In this document: one piece after another, positions 45,132 through 54,985 of the stretch
How the letters are laid out: every line of letters starts with the position of its first letter
Position numbering within the stretch: the stretch's first letter is position 1
Source: Hyphomonadaceae bacterium
GTDB taxonomy: Bacteria; Pseudomonadota; Alphaproteobacteria; Caulobacterales; Hyphomonadaceae
NCBI GenBank assembly: GCA_947474455.1
Contig: CANJIL010000006.1
Span: 4,037-68,036, forward strand
Direction: 5' to 3'
Length of the DNA stretch: 64,000 bases
Made by a program: the position numbers and the translations under genes
The notes under the pieces: generated by a model
Database searches by the model: none
Told to the model about the DNA's origin: nothing
Seen by the model: only the letters and a program-made list of their open reading frames with translations

Positions 45132-45746
45132 CTACCGCCCCGCCAGCCGCATGAAGCGCTCACGCAGCTCCTGGTCAGTCTTGAAGACGCCGGAGAACTG
45201 GGTAGTGATCGTGGAGACGTTCGGGTGGTGGACGCCGCGGGTTGTCATGCATTCGTGCTTGGCGTCGATCAGGACGGCGACGCCGTGTGGGGCGAGTGAA
45301 TTCTGGATGGCGTGCAGGATCTGCGACGTCATCGTTTCCTGGGTCTGCAGGCGCTTGGCGTAGATCTCGACCACGCGGGCCAGCTTTGAGATGCCCACCA
45401 CCTTTTCGGTCGGCATGTAGGCTACGCACGCCTTGCCGAGGAAGGGGGCCATGTGGTGCTCGCAATGCGATTCCACATCGATGTCGCGAAGCATGACGAT
45501 GTCGTCATAGCCTTTCACGTCGCCAAATGTCTTGGACAAGAATTCTTTCGGGTCCTGGCGGTAGCCCTCGAACCACTCCTCGTAGGCGTCGACGACGCGG
45601 CCGGGGGTGTCGATCAGGCCTTCGCGCTTGGGGTCATCTCCCGCCCAGGCGATCAGGGTGCGGACGGCGTCTTCAGCTTCGTCCCTTGAGGGGCGCTTGA
45701 AGGGTTCGGTTTCGGCCTTGGCCTTGCCTTTGATCACGGCGTCCAT
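45132..45746 (-). CDS. folE: GTP cyclohydrolase I
   Basis: 204 aa. DTPGRV, SHCEHHMAPF, VVEIYAKRLQTQE, VLIDAKHECMTTRG. Confidence 0.93.
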   Translation of the reverse strand: MDAVIKGKAKAETEPFKRPSRDEAEDAVRTLIAWAGDDPKREGLIDTPGRVVDAYEEWFEGYRQDPKEFLSKTFGDVKGYDDIVMLRDIDVESHCEHHMAPFLGKACVAYMPTEKVVGISKLARVVEIYAKRLQTQETMTSQILHAIQNSLAPHGVAVLIDAKHECMTTRGVHHPNVSTITTQFSGVFKTDQELRERFMRLAGR

Positions 45747-45949
45747 GGCCGATCCTTCCGTTACTGGGGCAGGAAATCAGTCGATTTCAACGCCCGGGCA
45801 TCACGACACCCTTGTTGTACGCAACCGCGCCAGGCCCGGATTGATTGGGTATGGCGTGCGTGAGACATAGGCACCTCTCGCGAAAACGCCAGCCTGTCTG
45901 ACCGCAAAACACTTATTGAATATTCCTAACGGAACGAAAAGACCGCCTT

Positions 45950-47323
45950 ATGGACATTCGTCTGCACAATACACTGACACGCGAAAAGCAGGCCTTTTCG
46001 CCCCAAAACCCTCTGCGGGTGACGATGTATGTCTGCGGACCGACGGTCTATTCCTATGCCCATATCGGCAATGCGCGGCCTCCCGTCGCATTTGACGTGC
46101 TGTTTCGCCTGCTGCGCCTAAAATACGGGGCGGAACATGTAGTTTACGCCGCGAACATCACGGATGTGGACGACAAGATCATTGCCGCCTCGGCGGCAAC
46201 GGGTCAGCCGATTGCAGAGCTAACCGCGCATTTCGAGCGAAAGTACCGCGAGGACATCGGGGCGTTGGGCGTGATCGAGCCGAATGTGAGGCCGCATGCG
46301 ACCGAGCATATCCAGGGCATGATCGAGATCATCAGCGAACTGGTGGCCAAGGGTCATGCCTACGCCGGCCAGCACGGCGTCTTGTTCCATGTGCCGTCGA
46401 TGGCGGATTACGGGAAGCTGTCGGGCCGCAACCGGGACGAGATGGTGGCGGGCGCGCGCGTTGAGGTGGATGCGGGGAAGCGCGATCCGGCGGACTTCGC
46501 GCTCTGGAAAGCAGCCAAGCCGGCCGAGCCGAAGGAGGCGCGCTGGGACTCGCCCTGGGGCGAGGGGCGGCCGGGCTGGCATATCGAGTGCTCGGCCATG
46601 GCCAAGGCGGTGCTGGGAGAAACGATCGACATTCATGCCGGCGGGCTCGATCTTATCTTTCCCCACCATGAGAACGAGATCGCGCAGAGCGAGTGCGCCC
46701 ATGGCAAGCCGATGGCGCGCTACTGGCTACACAACGGCTTCCTCTCGATGGACGCCGAGAAGATGTCCAAGTCGCTGGGCAATGTGAAGCTGATCCACGA
46801 CCTGCTCAAGCTCTATAGCGGCGAGACGATGCGACTAGCGTTGATGTCGGCGCATTATCGCCAGCCGCTGGACTGGACGGAGGCGCTGCTCACCCAAAGC
46901 AAGGCGACCCTGGACCGGCTCTACAATGCGCTGCGGCGGATGAAAGATGTGGAGCCCGCAGATACGGGCGCGCCGCAGGGCGTCCTGTCGGCGCTATGCG
47001 ACGATCTCAATACGCCGCTGGCGCTGGCGGAGCTGTCGGCGCTCGCGAGCGAGGCGAACAAGTCTGGGGTTCAAGACTGGCCGCAGATCAAGGGACAGAT
47101 GCTGGCGGCGGGCGCACTGCTGGGACTTCTGCAGCACGATCCGGATGACTGGGCGCGCGGCGATGCGGCGGACGCCCGCCGAATCGACGCGGCGGTGGCG
47201 GCGCGTATGGCGGCGCGCAAGGCGAAGGACTTCGCCGAGGCCGACAGGATCCGCAAGGAGCTGGCGGCGGAAGGCATCGAGATCATGGACGGGGCCCACG
47301 GCTCGACGTGGCGGCGCCTCTAG
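45950..47323 (+). CDS. cysS: cysteine--tRNA ligase
   Basis: 457 aa. YVCGPTVYSYAHIGNAR (HIGH), GWHIECS, KMSKSLGN. Confidence 0.95.
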   Translation: MDIRLHNTLTREKQAFSPQNPLRVTMYVCGPTVYSYAHIGNARPPVAFDVLFRLLRLKYGAEHVVYAANITDVDDKIIAASAATGQPIAELTAHFERKYREDIGALGVIEPNVRPHATEHIQGMIEIISELVAKGHAYAGQHGVLFHVPSMADYGKLSGRNRDEMVAGARVEVDAGKRDPADFALWKAAKPAEPKEARWDSPWGEGRPGWHIECSAMAKAVLGETIDIHAGGLDLIFPHHENEIAQSECAHGKPMARYWLHNGFLSMDAEKMSKSLGNVKLIHDLLKLYSGETMRLALMSAHYRQPLDWTEALLTQSKATLDRLYNALRRMKDVEPADTGAPQGVLSALCDDLNTPLALAELSALASEANKSGVQDWPQIKGQMLAAGALLGLLQHDPDDWARGDAADARRIDAAVAARMAARKAKDFAEADRIRKELAAEGIEIMDGAHGSTWRRL

Positions 47324-47414
47324 CACACGAGGGCGCGGCGCCAACGACGTTTGACCGCACAGCAACGTAGCCTATGCTTGCAATGCTTGGGACGGGTCCA
47401 GGGAGGGTCATGTC

Positions 47415-47840
47415 ATGAGAGTGTTGCTGGGTATAGGCGCGGTGTTGTTCGCGACAGCTTGCGCCACTAATCCGATCCAGGGCGGGCCGCGACCGCCTCA
47501 GGGGCCCGGGCCAGGCGGCACACAGTTCGGTTTCTGGGATCGTGACGCCGAAGGCGCGGTCGACGCCAGTTTCCGGTCGTACGTCACGCGCGTCTATGAT
47601 CCCGCCGACGAAGCGACGGCGCGCACGACGCTGCAGACGGACGGTTTCAACTGCAGGGACGGCAACCGGCCGGACGGGCGGCCTGTGCCGACGCTGGAGT
47701 GCGAGCGCATCTATTCTGTGGAAGATGACGTGCATGCGTGGACGGTGCAGTTCTGGCCCAATGAGCGCGAGCCGCGCGCGCATTACTCGCGGACGCACGT
47801 TCGCGACACCACCAAGAACTACAACGACAAACGGAACTAG
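47415..47840 (+). CDS. lipoprotein, unknown function
   Basis: 141 aa. Lipobox AVLFATAC. GC3-rich. Its stop is 6 nt before the CHAD gene. Confidence 0.6.
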   Translation: MRVLLGIGAVLFATACATNPIQGGPRPPQGPGPGGTQFGFWDRDAEGAVDASFRSYVTRVYDPADEATARTTLQTDGFNCRDGNRPDGRPVPTLECERIYSVEDDVHAWTVQFWPNEREPRAHYSRTHVRDTTKNYNDKRN

Positions 47841-47845
47841 CGACC

Positions 47846-48706
47846 ATGAGCTTTGTGTTGGCCCCTCACGAGACGCCCGGCGCCGGGCTGACGCGCGTGA
47901 TCCAGGAACAGGTTGCGAAGCTGTCGGTCGAGTGCATGGAAGCGGTGCAGGACGCAACAGCGTTCGCCCACAAAGCGCGCGTGCGGTGCAAGCGGATACG
48001 CGCCGCGTTGCGGCTGGCGAGGCCGATGATGGCCGCCAAGGCGTTCCGCAAAGACAACATGTGGTGGCGCGACCAGGCGCGGCTGCTGTCAGACTTGCGC
48101 GATGCGGGGGCGCGGCTTGAGGCGCTCGAAACGCTGCGGCCGTTCCTGGCCGCTCGTATCGGGACGGAGATGACGCGTAAGTTGGGCGAGCTGTTCGAAC
48201 AGCAGCGGCAGGCCACGGACGAAGCGGCGGCGATCGGCGCTTTCATCGAGGGTATGAACAAGCGCAGCGAGACGCTTATCCCTAAACTGCCGGCGGGCAG
48301 CCGGGAGGACATGACAGAGGCGCTTGGCGACACCTATCGCATGGCGCGGATCGCGATGCGGGATGCCTTGAAGGACGAGCAGCCGGAGCTGCTGCACGAA
48401 TGGCGCAAGCAGGCGAAGTATCATGCGCTGCAGGCGCGGCTGATGCGCTCGTATTTTCCGGATCTGCTGGACCAGCGTGTGGCGGGGGTGCGTGATCTCG
48501 CGGAGTTGCTGGGCGAAATGCAGGACATTGAGGTAGTGGCGGCAGGCGCGGAGGACTGGCGGGAAGGTCCGCGCGGGTTCTCCGATGTGCTGAAGGCGCG
48601 GCGGACCGCGCTGGTGATGGGCGCGCGCGCAGCGGGCGCGGCCCTGTTCGCGGAAAAGCCGAAGGCGTGGGTGGGCCAGCTTATGCCTCCCGTGCTGGCG
48701 GAATAG
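47846..48706 (+). CDS. CHAD domain-containing protein
   Basis: 286 aa, all-helical. HKARVRCKRIRAALRLARP and LHEWRKQAKYHALQARLM are the paired basic CHAD motifs. Confidence 0.8.
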   Translation: MSFVLAPHETPGAGLTRVIQEQVAKLSVECMEAVQDATAFAHKARVRCKRIRAALRLARPMMAAKAFRKDNMWWRDQARLLSDLRDAGARLEALETLRPFLAARIGTEMTRKLGELFEQQRQATDEAAAIGAFIEGMNKRSETLIPKLPAGSREDMTEALGDTYRMARIAMRDALKDEQPELLHEWRKQAKYHALQARLMRSYFPDLLDQRVAGVRDLAELLGEMQDIEVVAAGAEDWREGPRGFSDVLKARRTALVMGARAAGAALFAEKPKAWVGQLMPPVLAE

Positions 48707-48720
48707 GACGGGAGTCTGTG

Positions 48721-49659
48721 ATGAGGCGACTGGCAGCGCTCGCGCTCGCACTTCTGGCGGGCGCGTGCATGAAGATGCGCATCGACGAGGCCGCCGTGTT
48801 CGACCCCGTCGTGTTCGACAGCAGGCTGGCGCAGGAGTCCGGGCAGGTCATGCAGGGCGAGGTCGCGTTCCGGTCCGAGGGGGATTGGAGCAGCGTGTGG
48901 CGCTCTCATGCAGCCAATTACGAGTTTCCGAAGACGCCTGCGCCCTATGTGGCGGCAACGGTTGAGCATGGGCGTTCCGCCAGCGACGATGGCGGGCTGG
49001 CGTGGACGACGATCACGCACGCAGCGCCGAGCAACACGCTGATCGTCCGCTGCGGCGGCAACGCCTCGACGCGGCAGCACAGCGGCTATCACTACGCCAT
49101 GAGCACGGTTCCGTATGGCGACGTGCTGATGTTCGATTATCCGGGCTACGGCGAGACGGGTGGTAAGGCGACGCCGCAACGTTTCCAGACCATGTCGGAC
49201 GAGCTTGCGCCGTTGGTGCGTGAGAAGGCGGCGGACCGGCGCATCGTGCTGTGGGGCCATTCACTCGGCGGCATGGTGTGCAGCGAGCTGGCGGCGCGGG
49301 TGCCGGAGACTTCTGCGGTCATCATCGAGACGTCCGCCCGCAACGCCCGCGAGGTCGCGCAGGCGTGGACGCCGTGGTATGCGTCGCTGTTCGTCAATAT
49401 CGAGATCGCGCCTGGATTTGGCGACGTCGACGTCGCCGACGCACTGAAGGGCTTCAAGGGTCCGGTACTGGTGCTGGGCGCCGAAAACGATCAGACGCTG
49501 CCGGTGCAGCTCGCCCGTTCGGTGGGCAAGTCGCTGAAGGATGAAGGCGTCGATGCCATCTACACGGAGTTCAAGGGCGGCGGGCATTCCAACCTGATCA
49601 TGCATCCTGACTTCGCCCCGACCATCAAGGCGTTTTTCGCGAAGGTGACGGGGCATTAG
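48721..49659 (+). CDS. alpha/beta hydrolase lipoprotein
   Basis: Internal ATG of track ORF 48667..49659. Lipobox ALLAGAC, nucleophile elbow WGHSLGG, C-terminal GGGH. Confidence 0.8.
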   Translation: MRRLAALALALLAGACMKMRIDEAAVFDPVVFDSRLAQESGQVMQGEVAFRSEGDWSSVWRSHAANYEFPKTPAPYVAATVEHGRSASDDGGLAWTTITHAAPSNTLIVRCGGNASTRQHSGYHYAMSTVPYGDVLMFDYPGYGETGGKATPQRFQTMSDELAPLVREKAADRRIVLWGHSLGGMVCSELAARVPETSAVIIETSARNAREVAQAWTPWYASLFVNIEIAPGFGDVDVADALKGFKGPVLVLGAENDQTLPVQLARSVGKSLKDEGVDAIYTEFKGGGHSNLIMHPDFAPTIKAFFAKVTGH

Positions 49660-49761
49660 CGGCGACGGCGCACGGCCAGAACGCATTGTTAGAACGTATA
49701 TGAAGCCTCCGGCCGCCGACCGCACTTGATCGGCGGACGGATACGTCCGATCTAGATCACC

Positions 49762-50202
49762 ATGTTCGGCGACCTATATCACAATCGCGTCCTGGAGCTG
49801 GCGGCGGACATTCCACATGTCGGGCAGATTCCGGACGCGCAGGGATCGTCGCTGAAGGTCTCGCGCGTGTGCGGATCGACTGTTCAGGTTGATGTAAAGC
49901 TGGACGCCGAGGGCCGCATCGCGGAGATCGCCGTTGATCCCAAGGCATGCGCGCTGGGGCAGGCGGCGACATCCATTCTGGCGCGGCATGCGGTGGGGCG
50001 TTCGCTGCCGGAGATCGAGGCGGCGCGCGATGCGCTGCGCGCCATGCTGAAAGACGGCGGCGAGCCCCCGGACGGCGCGTTCTGGGAATTGCGCCATCTT
50101 CTGGCAGTGCGGGATTACCCGCCGCGGCACACGTCCACCCTGCTGGCGTTCGAGGCCGCGGTTGAGGCGATGAAACAGGCGCTGGATAAGCGCGCGGGTT
50201 AG
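49762..50202 (+). CDS. NifU/IscU N-terminal-like iron-sulfur cluster scaffold homolog
   Basis: 146 aa. LYHNRVLELA..NP.CG-like VSRVCGSTV, DPKACALGQAATSIL. Size and pattern are SufU/IscU-like. Confidence 0.7.
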   Translation: MFGDLYHNRVLELAADIPHVGQIPDAQGSSLKVSRVCGSTVQVDVKLDAEGRIAEIAVDPKACALGQAATSILARHAVGRSLPEIEAARDALRAMLKDGGEPPDGAFWELRHLLAVRDYPPRHTSTLLAFEAAVEAMKQALDKRAG

Positions 50203-50578
50203 CGCGGCGCGTCTGTTGTCTGATAGACCGAGAAGAGGCGGCCGTCAGGGTCGGTGAGGTCTGCGGACCAACCGCCGGGCGCGTGGCTGACGGGCGTGAC
50301 GATGGTTGCGCCCTTTGTTGCGAGGCCCGCCACGACCGCGTCGATGCCGCCCTCTTCCAACGTGTAGACGACGGTCGGCGTCTGACCTGGCTTCATATCG
50401 GCGTTCTTGAAGAAGATCAGGCGGACGCCGCCCGCCGTGGCATCATCAAGAAGTCGCCGTTCTTCTCGTCAGGCGTGCGTTGGACATCGAGGCCGAGGAC
50501 GTCGCGGTAGAAGGCCTCGGTGCGGTCGATGTCGGCAACGAAGTAAACAATGTTTTCGATCTTGAGCTTGGCGAGCAT
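50199..50578 (-). pseudogene. VOC/glyoxalase-family gene split by one frameshift (about 50420-50450)
   Basis: Own translation from the ATG at 50578: MLAKLKIENIVYFVADIDRTEAFYRDVLGLDV..GDFLMMP, then an early TGA. The remainder, GGVRLIFFKNADMKPGQTPTVVYTLEEGGIDAVVAGL..PGGWSADLTDPDGRLFSVYQ, is in another frame (track ORF 50199..50396). Confidence 0.55.
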
Positions 50579-50594
50579 GGGTTCTCCTGAACTG

Positions 50595-51190
50595 TTACCC
50601 GCCCGTGTGTTGCCGCAGACCCGGGATTTGTGAGCGGCTGATCACAAAAAGATGCCCGTCGGGATCGTGGCTGGCGAGCAAGGCTTCGTTGCGGCGTGTC
50701 GAGTCAAGCAGGGCGCGGCGTATGCGGCCGAAAGCCAGCGCGCCGGTGGGGCCTGCTTCCGTTGCGCCGGCGCCGGCGCGCTTCAGTTGCGAGATGCGCT
50801 GGCGCAGGGCCTCGCCGGAGAGGTTGAGCAGCCAGCCGATCTCTTGCCGGGTGTGCCCGCTGAGGGCGAGCAGAGCAGTGACGCGCAGCGCGGGAGACAG
50901 GTGGGCGAGTTCAGGGGAGGCCGCTGTGGCATTGGCCGCGGCATTGGGTTGAGCCTCATTCCAGCCGGTTTCGCGACGGCGGCGCAGGCGGCTGAGCGGG
51001 CGTCGAACGCGGCGCGCTTGCCGATGACGCCGGATAGCCATCGACGCGTTTCGGGCGCGGCGAGGTCGTTGCGGCCGGATTCGAGGGCCGCGAGCAGGAC
51101 CGTCTGCAACAGATCGTCCGCCTCGTCTGGCCGGCGGGAGGCGCGGCGGGCGAGGGCGTAAAGATCGGCAAAGGCGCGCGGAGCGGGCAT
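50595..51190 (-). pseudogene. ECF-type sigma-70 family gene split by one frameshift (about 50985-51000)
   Basis: Track ORF 50783..51190 carries region 2 (DEADDLLQTVLLAAL..RRWLSGVIGKRAAFDARSA). Track ORF 50595..51041 carries RRRRETGW.. and the region-4 HTH (LSPALRVTALLALSGHTRQEIGWLLNLSGEALRQRISQLKR) in another frame. Confidence 0.55.
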
Positions 51191-51301
51191 GGCGTTATGT
51201 TAGCGCGGAGTGATCTGCTGTCGAAGGCCATGTGCGCGGTCTCGTAAAAAATCGGACTGCATATAATTGACTAAGTCCACTAACGTGGCGAAACCTTCTT
51301 T

Positions 51302-52243
51302 ATGGCCGCTCCATCACAATCGCACATCGCCTCTGTTCGCCGCTTCAACCGGTTCTACACCCGCGAAGTGGGCGTGTTGCGGAAGAACTTTCTTGATACG
51401 CACTGGTCGCTTGCCGAAATGCGGGTGCTGTTCGAGATCGCGAACGGCAAGGACGTGGCCGCGAGCGATATCGGCAAGGGGTTGGGTCTCGATGCGGCTT
51501 ATCTGAGCAGGATGCTGCAGAAGTTCGAGCAAGAAGGACTGGTGACGCGCACGCGCTCGAAGGCGGATGCGCGGGTGACTTTTCTCGGGCTGTCGGCGAA
51601 AGGCCGGAAGCAGTTTATGACGGCGAACGAGCGGCAGGTGCAGCAGACGACGGGGATGCTGGAGCGGTTGAAGCTTGCCGATCGCGAGCAATTGGTTGAA
51701 GCGATGGGGGTAATCGAAGCCTTGTTGAGCGATCATGCGCCGGCTGAGTCGCGCTATACGTTGCGCGAACCGGGGCCGGGCGATCTTGGCTGGATGGTGC
51801 AGCGGCATGGCGAACTTTATGACGAGGAGTATGGCTGGCGCGGGCCGTTTGAGGGGATGTGCGCGGGGATCGTCTCCGACTTCGTGAAGACTTTCGATCC
51901 GAAGCTGGAGAAGTGCTGGATCGCCGAGGTGGACGGGCGGCGTGCTGGCTGTGTGATGCTGGTGAAGGATGACCCCAAGGCGAAGAAGGCGAATGTGGCG
52001 CGGATACGCCTGCTGCTGCTCGAGCCGTTTGCGCGCGGGCTGGGGCTGGGGCGTCGGCTGGTGGAGGAGTGTATCGCGTTCTCCAGAGCCAGGGGCTATC
52101 GGCGCGTAACGCTGTGGACGCACAAGGAGCTGACGGTGGCGCGAGCGATCTACGCCAAGCTCGGCTTCGTGAAAACGGCCGAGGAAAGCCACGCCGACTG
52201 GCACGGTAAGGCGACGAGCGAGTTCTGGGATCTCGATCTTTAG
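51302..52243 (+). CDS. bifunctional MarR-family HTH regulator / GNAT N-acetyltransferase
   Basis: 313 aa. The N-terminal winged helix (SLAEMRVLFEI..ASDIGKGLGLDAAYLSRMLQKFEQEGLV) is fused to a GNAT core (RLLLLEPFARGLGLGRRLVEECIAFSRARGY). Confidence 0.85.
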   Translation: MAAPSQSHIASVRRFNRFYTREVGVLRKNFLDTHWSLAEMRVLFEIANGKDVAASDIGKGLGLDAAYLSRMLQKFEQEGLVTRTRSKADARVTFLGLSAKGRKQFMTANERQVQQTTGMLERLKLADREQLVEAMGVIEALLSDHAPAESRYTLREPGPGDLGWMVQRHGELYDEEYGWRGPFEGMCAGIVSDFVKTFDPKLEKCWIAEVDGRRAGCVMLVKDDPKAKKANVARIRLLLLEPFARGLGLGRRLVEECIAFSRARGYRRVTLWTHKELTVARAIYAKLGFVKTAEESHADWHGKATSEFWDLDL

Positions 52244-52284
52244 GGGTTTCTGCCCGGTTTGCCTGTTGGCCTGACCGTTGTTAT

Positions 52285-52599
52285 ATGCCGCCCATGGCTG
52301 AGGCCTCTGCATACAAGCCCGTGATGGGCGCCCTGTTGAAGGGCTACAAGGCGACGTTGTCACCGGCGTTTGTCGCGCTGGGCGTGCGTTGCCGGCATGA
52401 ACCTTCATGCGCGGAGTATTGCGCGGAATGCGTGTCGAAGCATGGCGCCTGGGCGGGGTCGTGGATGGGTTTGGCGCGGTTTGCCCGCTGCCGCCCCGGA
52501 GGATCGCACGGGTGGGACCCGGCGCCGACCCTCACTAGCACCGGCGCGCGGTGGTTCGCGCCCTGGCGCTATGGCGTCTGGAACGTGGACCGGTCCTGA
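52285..52599 (+). CDS. yidD: membrane protein insertion efficiency factor
   Basis: 104 aa. YKATLSP...CRHEPSCAEY..E.V.KHG is the YidD motif; the C-terminal tail is longer than usual. Confidence 0.8.
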   Translation: MPPMAEASAYKPVMGALLKGYKATLSPAFVALGVRCRHEPSCAEYCAECVSKHGAWAGSWMGLARFARCRPGGSHGWDPAPTLTSTGARWFAPWRYGVWNVDRS

Positions 52600-52675
52600 A
52601 CCGCCCGCCCTTAAATTCTCTGGACCAGTCGAAGCATCAAGTGCGGAGTTAGGGTCTGCCCCTTCTTCATCGTCA

Positions 52676-52775
52676 TTCCGGACACGCCGAAGGCGCGAGC
52701 CGGAACCCAGGGGCTGCGAATGCAGCGCTCTGGGCTCCTGAGATCCCGCTCTACGCGCTTCGGGTTTGGCGGGAA
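52676..52775. repeat. REP-like palindromic units between yidD and thrS
   Basis: GTCATTCCGGACACGCCGAAGGCGCGAGCCGGAACCCAGGG (TTCCGG..CCGGAA, 52676-52705) and TCCCGC-N19-GCGGGA (52744-52775). Same family as 44923-45014. Confidence 0.45.
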
Positions 52776-52859
52776 TGAGGGAGAGATGATGGCGAGAAGG
52801 TGGGTTCAACGAGACGCGAAATCGACCTACACCTCCCCCGGAACACGAAAGACGCGACC

Positions 52860-54797
52860 ATGATCAATGTATCATTCCCAGATGGCTCGAAGCGGGAATA
52901 TCCCGAAGGGTCCACGCCGCTCTCGATTGCGGAGAGCATTTCGAAGTCGCTCGCCAGGCGCTCGGTAATTGCCGTGGTCAATGGCGAGCTGCGCGACATG
53001 AAGCGGCCATTGGATGGCGATGCGGCGCTTGAGCTGCTGGACATCAGTTCGAAGGACGGGCTGGAGCTGCTGCGCCACGATGCAGCGCACGTGTTGGCGC
53101 AGGCGGTGCAAGAACTGTTTCCCGGCACGCAGGTGACGATCGGACCTGTGATCGAGGACGGATTCTATTACGACTTCGCGCGCAGCGAGCCTTTCTCGAC
53201 GGAGGACTTCGCCAAGATCGAAGCGAAGATGAAGGAGATCGTCGACCGCGACCTGCCGATCAACCGCGAGGTCTGGTCGAAGGACGATGCGATTGCGCAC
53301 TTCAAGTCGATCGGCGAGGACTACAAGGCGCAGATCATCGACGACATCATTCCGCCAGGAGAAGCGATCACGCTGTACAGCCATGGCGGCGTGTGGAGTG
53401 ATCTCTGCCGTGGGCCGCACCTGCCGTCGACGGGCAAACTCCCGAAGGCCTTCAAGCTGATGAAGCTGGCCGGCGCGTACTGGCGTGGCGATCATCGCAA
53501 CGAGATGCTGCAGCGCATGTACGGCACGGCGTGGGCGAACGAGAAGGATCTTGAAGCCTATCTCAAGCGCCTCGAAGAAGCCGAGAAACGCGACCACCGT
53601 AAGGTGGGCCGCGAGCTCGACCTCTTCCACATGCAGGAAGAGGGCAAGGGTATGGTGTTCTGGCATCCCAAGGGCCTGACGCTGTGGCGGACAGTCGAGA
53701 GCTATGTGCGCCGGCGTCTTGATGCGGCGGACTATATCGAAGTGCGCACGCCGCAGGTTCTGGATCGCAAGTTCTGGGAACAGTCGGGCCATTGGGAGAA
53801 GTATCGCGACAACATGTTCATCGCGGAGACGGCGGAGGACGAAGTTCTCTCGCTGAAGCCGATGAACTGCCCGGGCCATGTGCAGATCTTCAAGCAGGGG
53901 CAGAAATCGTATCGCGATCTGCCGATGAGGATGGCGGAGTTCGGGGCGTGCCATCGCTACGAGCCGAGTGGGGCGCTGCACGGGTTGATGCGGGTGCGAG
54001 CCTTCACGCAGGACGATGCGCACATCTTCTGCCGCGAAGACCAGATCGAGAGCGAGACGGCGCGCTTCATCAAGCTTGCCTATTCAATCCATCAGGATTT
54101 CGGGTTGGTCACGGATCACGTGAAGCTGGCGACGCGGCCTGAGCTGCGCGCCGGGAGCGACGAGTTCTGGGACAAGGCCGAGATGCAGATGCTGTCTGCA
54201 GCACGGGCGGCGGGCGTGGAGCCGGTGATCGCGGCGGGCGATGGCGCTTTCTATGCGCCGAAGCTCGACTTCGTCATCAAGGACGCCATCGGCCGCGAAT
54301 GGACGATCGGCACGATCCAGCTGGATTATGTTCTGCCGGATCGGCTCGACGCGGAATATGTCGGCGAGGATGGCGGCAAGCATCGCCCCGTGATGCTGCA
54401 CCGTGCGATCCTTGGCTCGCTGGAGCGTTTCATCGGCGTTCTGATAGAGCACTATGCCGGTGCGTTCCCGATGTGGCTGGCGCCGGTGCAGGTGGTCGTG
54501 GCGACGATCTCGGAGTCGGCGGCGGAGTATGCGCAGCAGGCGGTTGCCGAGCTCAAGGCGGCTGGTCTGCGCGTTGAGCTCGACGGACGCAACGAGAAGA
54601 TCAACTACAAGGTGCGGGAGCATTCGCTGCAGAAGGTTCCGGTCATTGCGGTGGTCGGCGCCAAAGAGGCGGAGGAGCGCAAGCTGGCGCTGCGCCGTTT
54701 TGGATCGCAAGGGAACGAAGTCGTTCTGCTCGACGATGCCAAGACGTTCCTCGCTGATGAGGCGCTACCGCCTGACCTGAGGCGGGGCAAAGGATGA
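52860..54797 (+). CDS. thrS: threonine--tRNA ligase
   Basis: Track ORF 52800..54797; ATG at 52860 ([17 protein letters not shown] domain) gives 645 aa. HDAAHVLA, class-II motifs and the anticodon-binding domain are present. Confidence 0.95.
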   Translation: MINVSFPDGSKREYPEGSTPLSIAESISKSLARRSVIAVVNGELRDMKRPLDGDAALELLDISSKDGLELLRHDAAHVLAQAVQELFPGTQVTIGPVIEDGFYYDFARSEPFSTEDFAKIEAKMKEIVDRDLPINREVWSKDDAIAHFKSIGEDYKAQIIDDIIPPGEAITLYSHGGVWSDLCRGPHLPSTGKLPKAFKLMKLAGAYWRGDHRNEMLQRMYGTAWANEKDLEAYLKRLEEAEKRDHRKVGRELDLFHMQEEGKGMVFWHPKGLTLWRTVESYVRRRLDAADYIEVRTPQVLDRKFWEQSGHWEKYRDNMFIAETAEDEVLSLKPMNCPGHVQIFKQGQKSYRDLPMRMAEFGACHRYEPSGALHGLMRVRAFTQDDAHIFCREDQIESETARFIKLAYSIHQDFGLVTDHVKLATRPELRAGSDEFWDKAEMQMLSAARAAGVEPVIAAGDGAFYAPKLDFVIKDAIGREWTIGTIQLDYVLPDRLDAEYVGEDGGKHRPVMLHRAILGSLERFIGVLIEHYAGAFPMWLAPVQVVVATISESAAEYAQQAVAELKAAGLRVELDGRNEKINYKVREHSLQKVPVIAVVGAKEAEERKLALRRFGSQGNEVVLLDDAKTFLADEALPPDLRRGKG

Positions 54798-54985
54798 CCA
54801 TCGAGGTCAGCAACCCGCGCGATGCCTCCGAAGCTTCAGATGCGCTTGGACGTGTGCGCCAATTCAGTTGTTTCTGGCCGGAAACGGAAGACGAAGCTGG
54901 AAGTCAAATCGTTGCCAACACAGCGCTAAAATACTTGCGGCTTGTGCGCGAGACTGCGGCGGGCGTGACAAGGCCGGTCTTATGA
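54794..54985 (+). CDS. 63-aa hypothetical protein coupled to thrS and the downstream GT2
   Basis: Its ATG overlaps the thrS TGA (ATGA), and its own TGA overlaps the next ATG (ATGA at 54982-54985). No recognisable family, so coding status rests on the couplings. Confidence 0.4.
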   Translation: MTIEVSNPRDASEASDALGRVRQFSCFWPETEDEAGSQIVANTALKYLRLVRETAAGVTRPVL

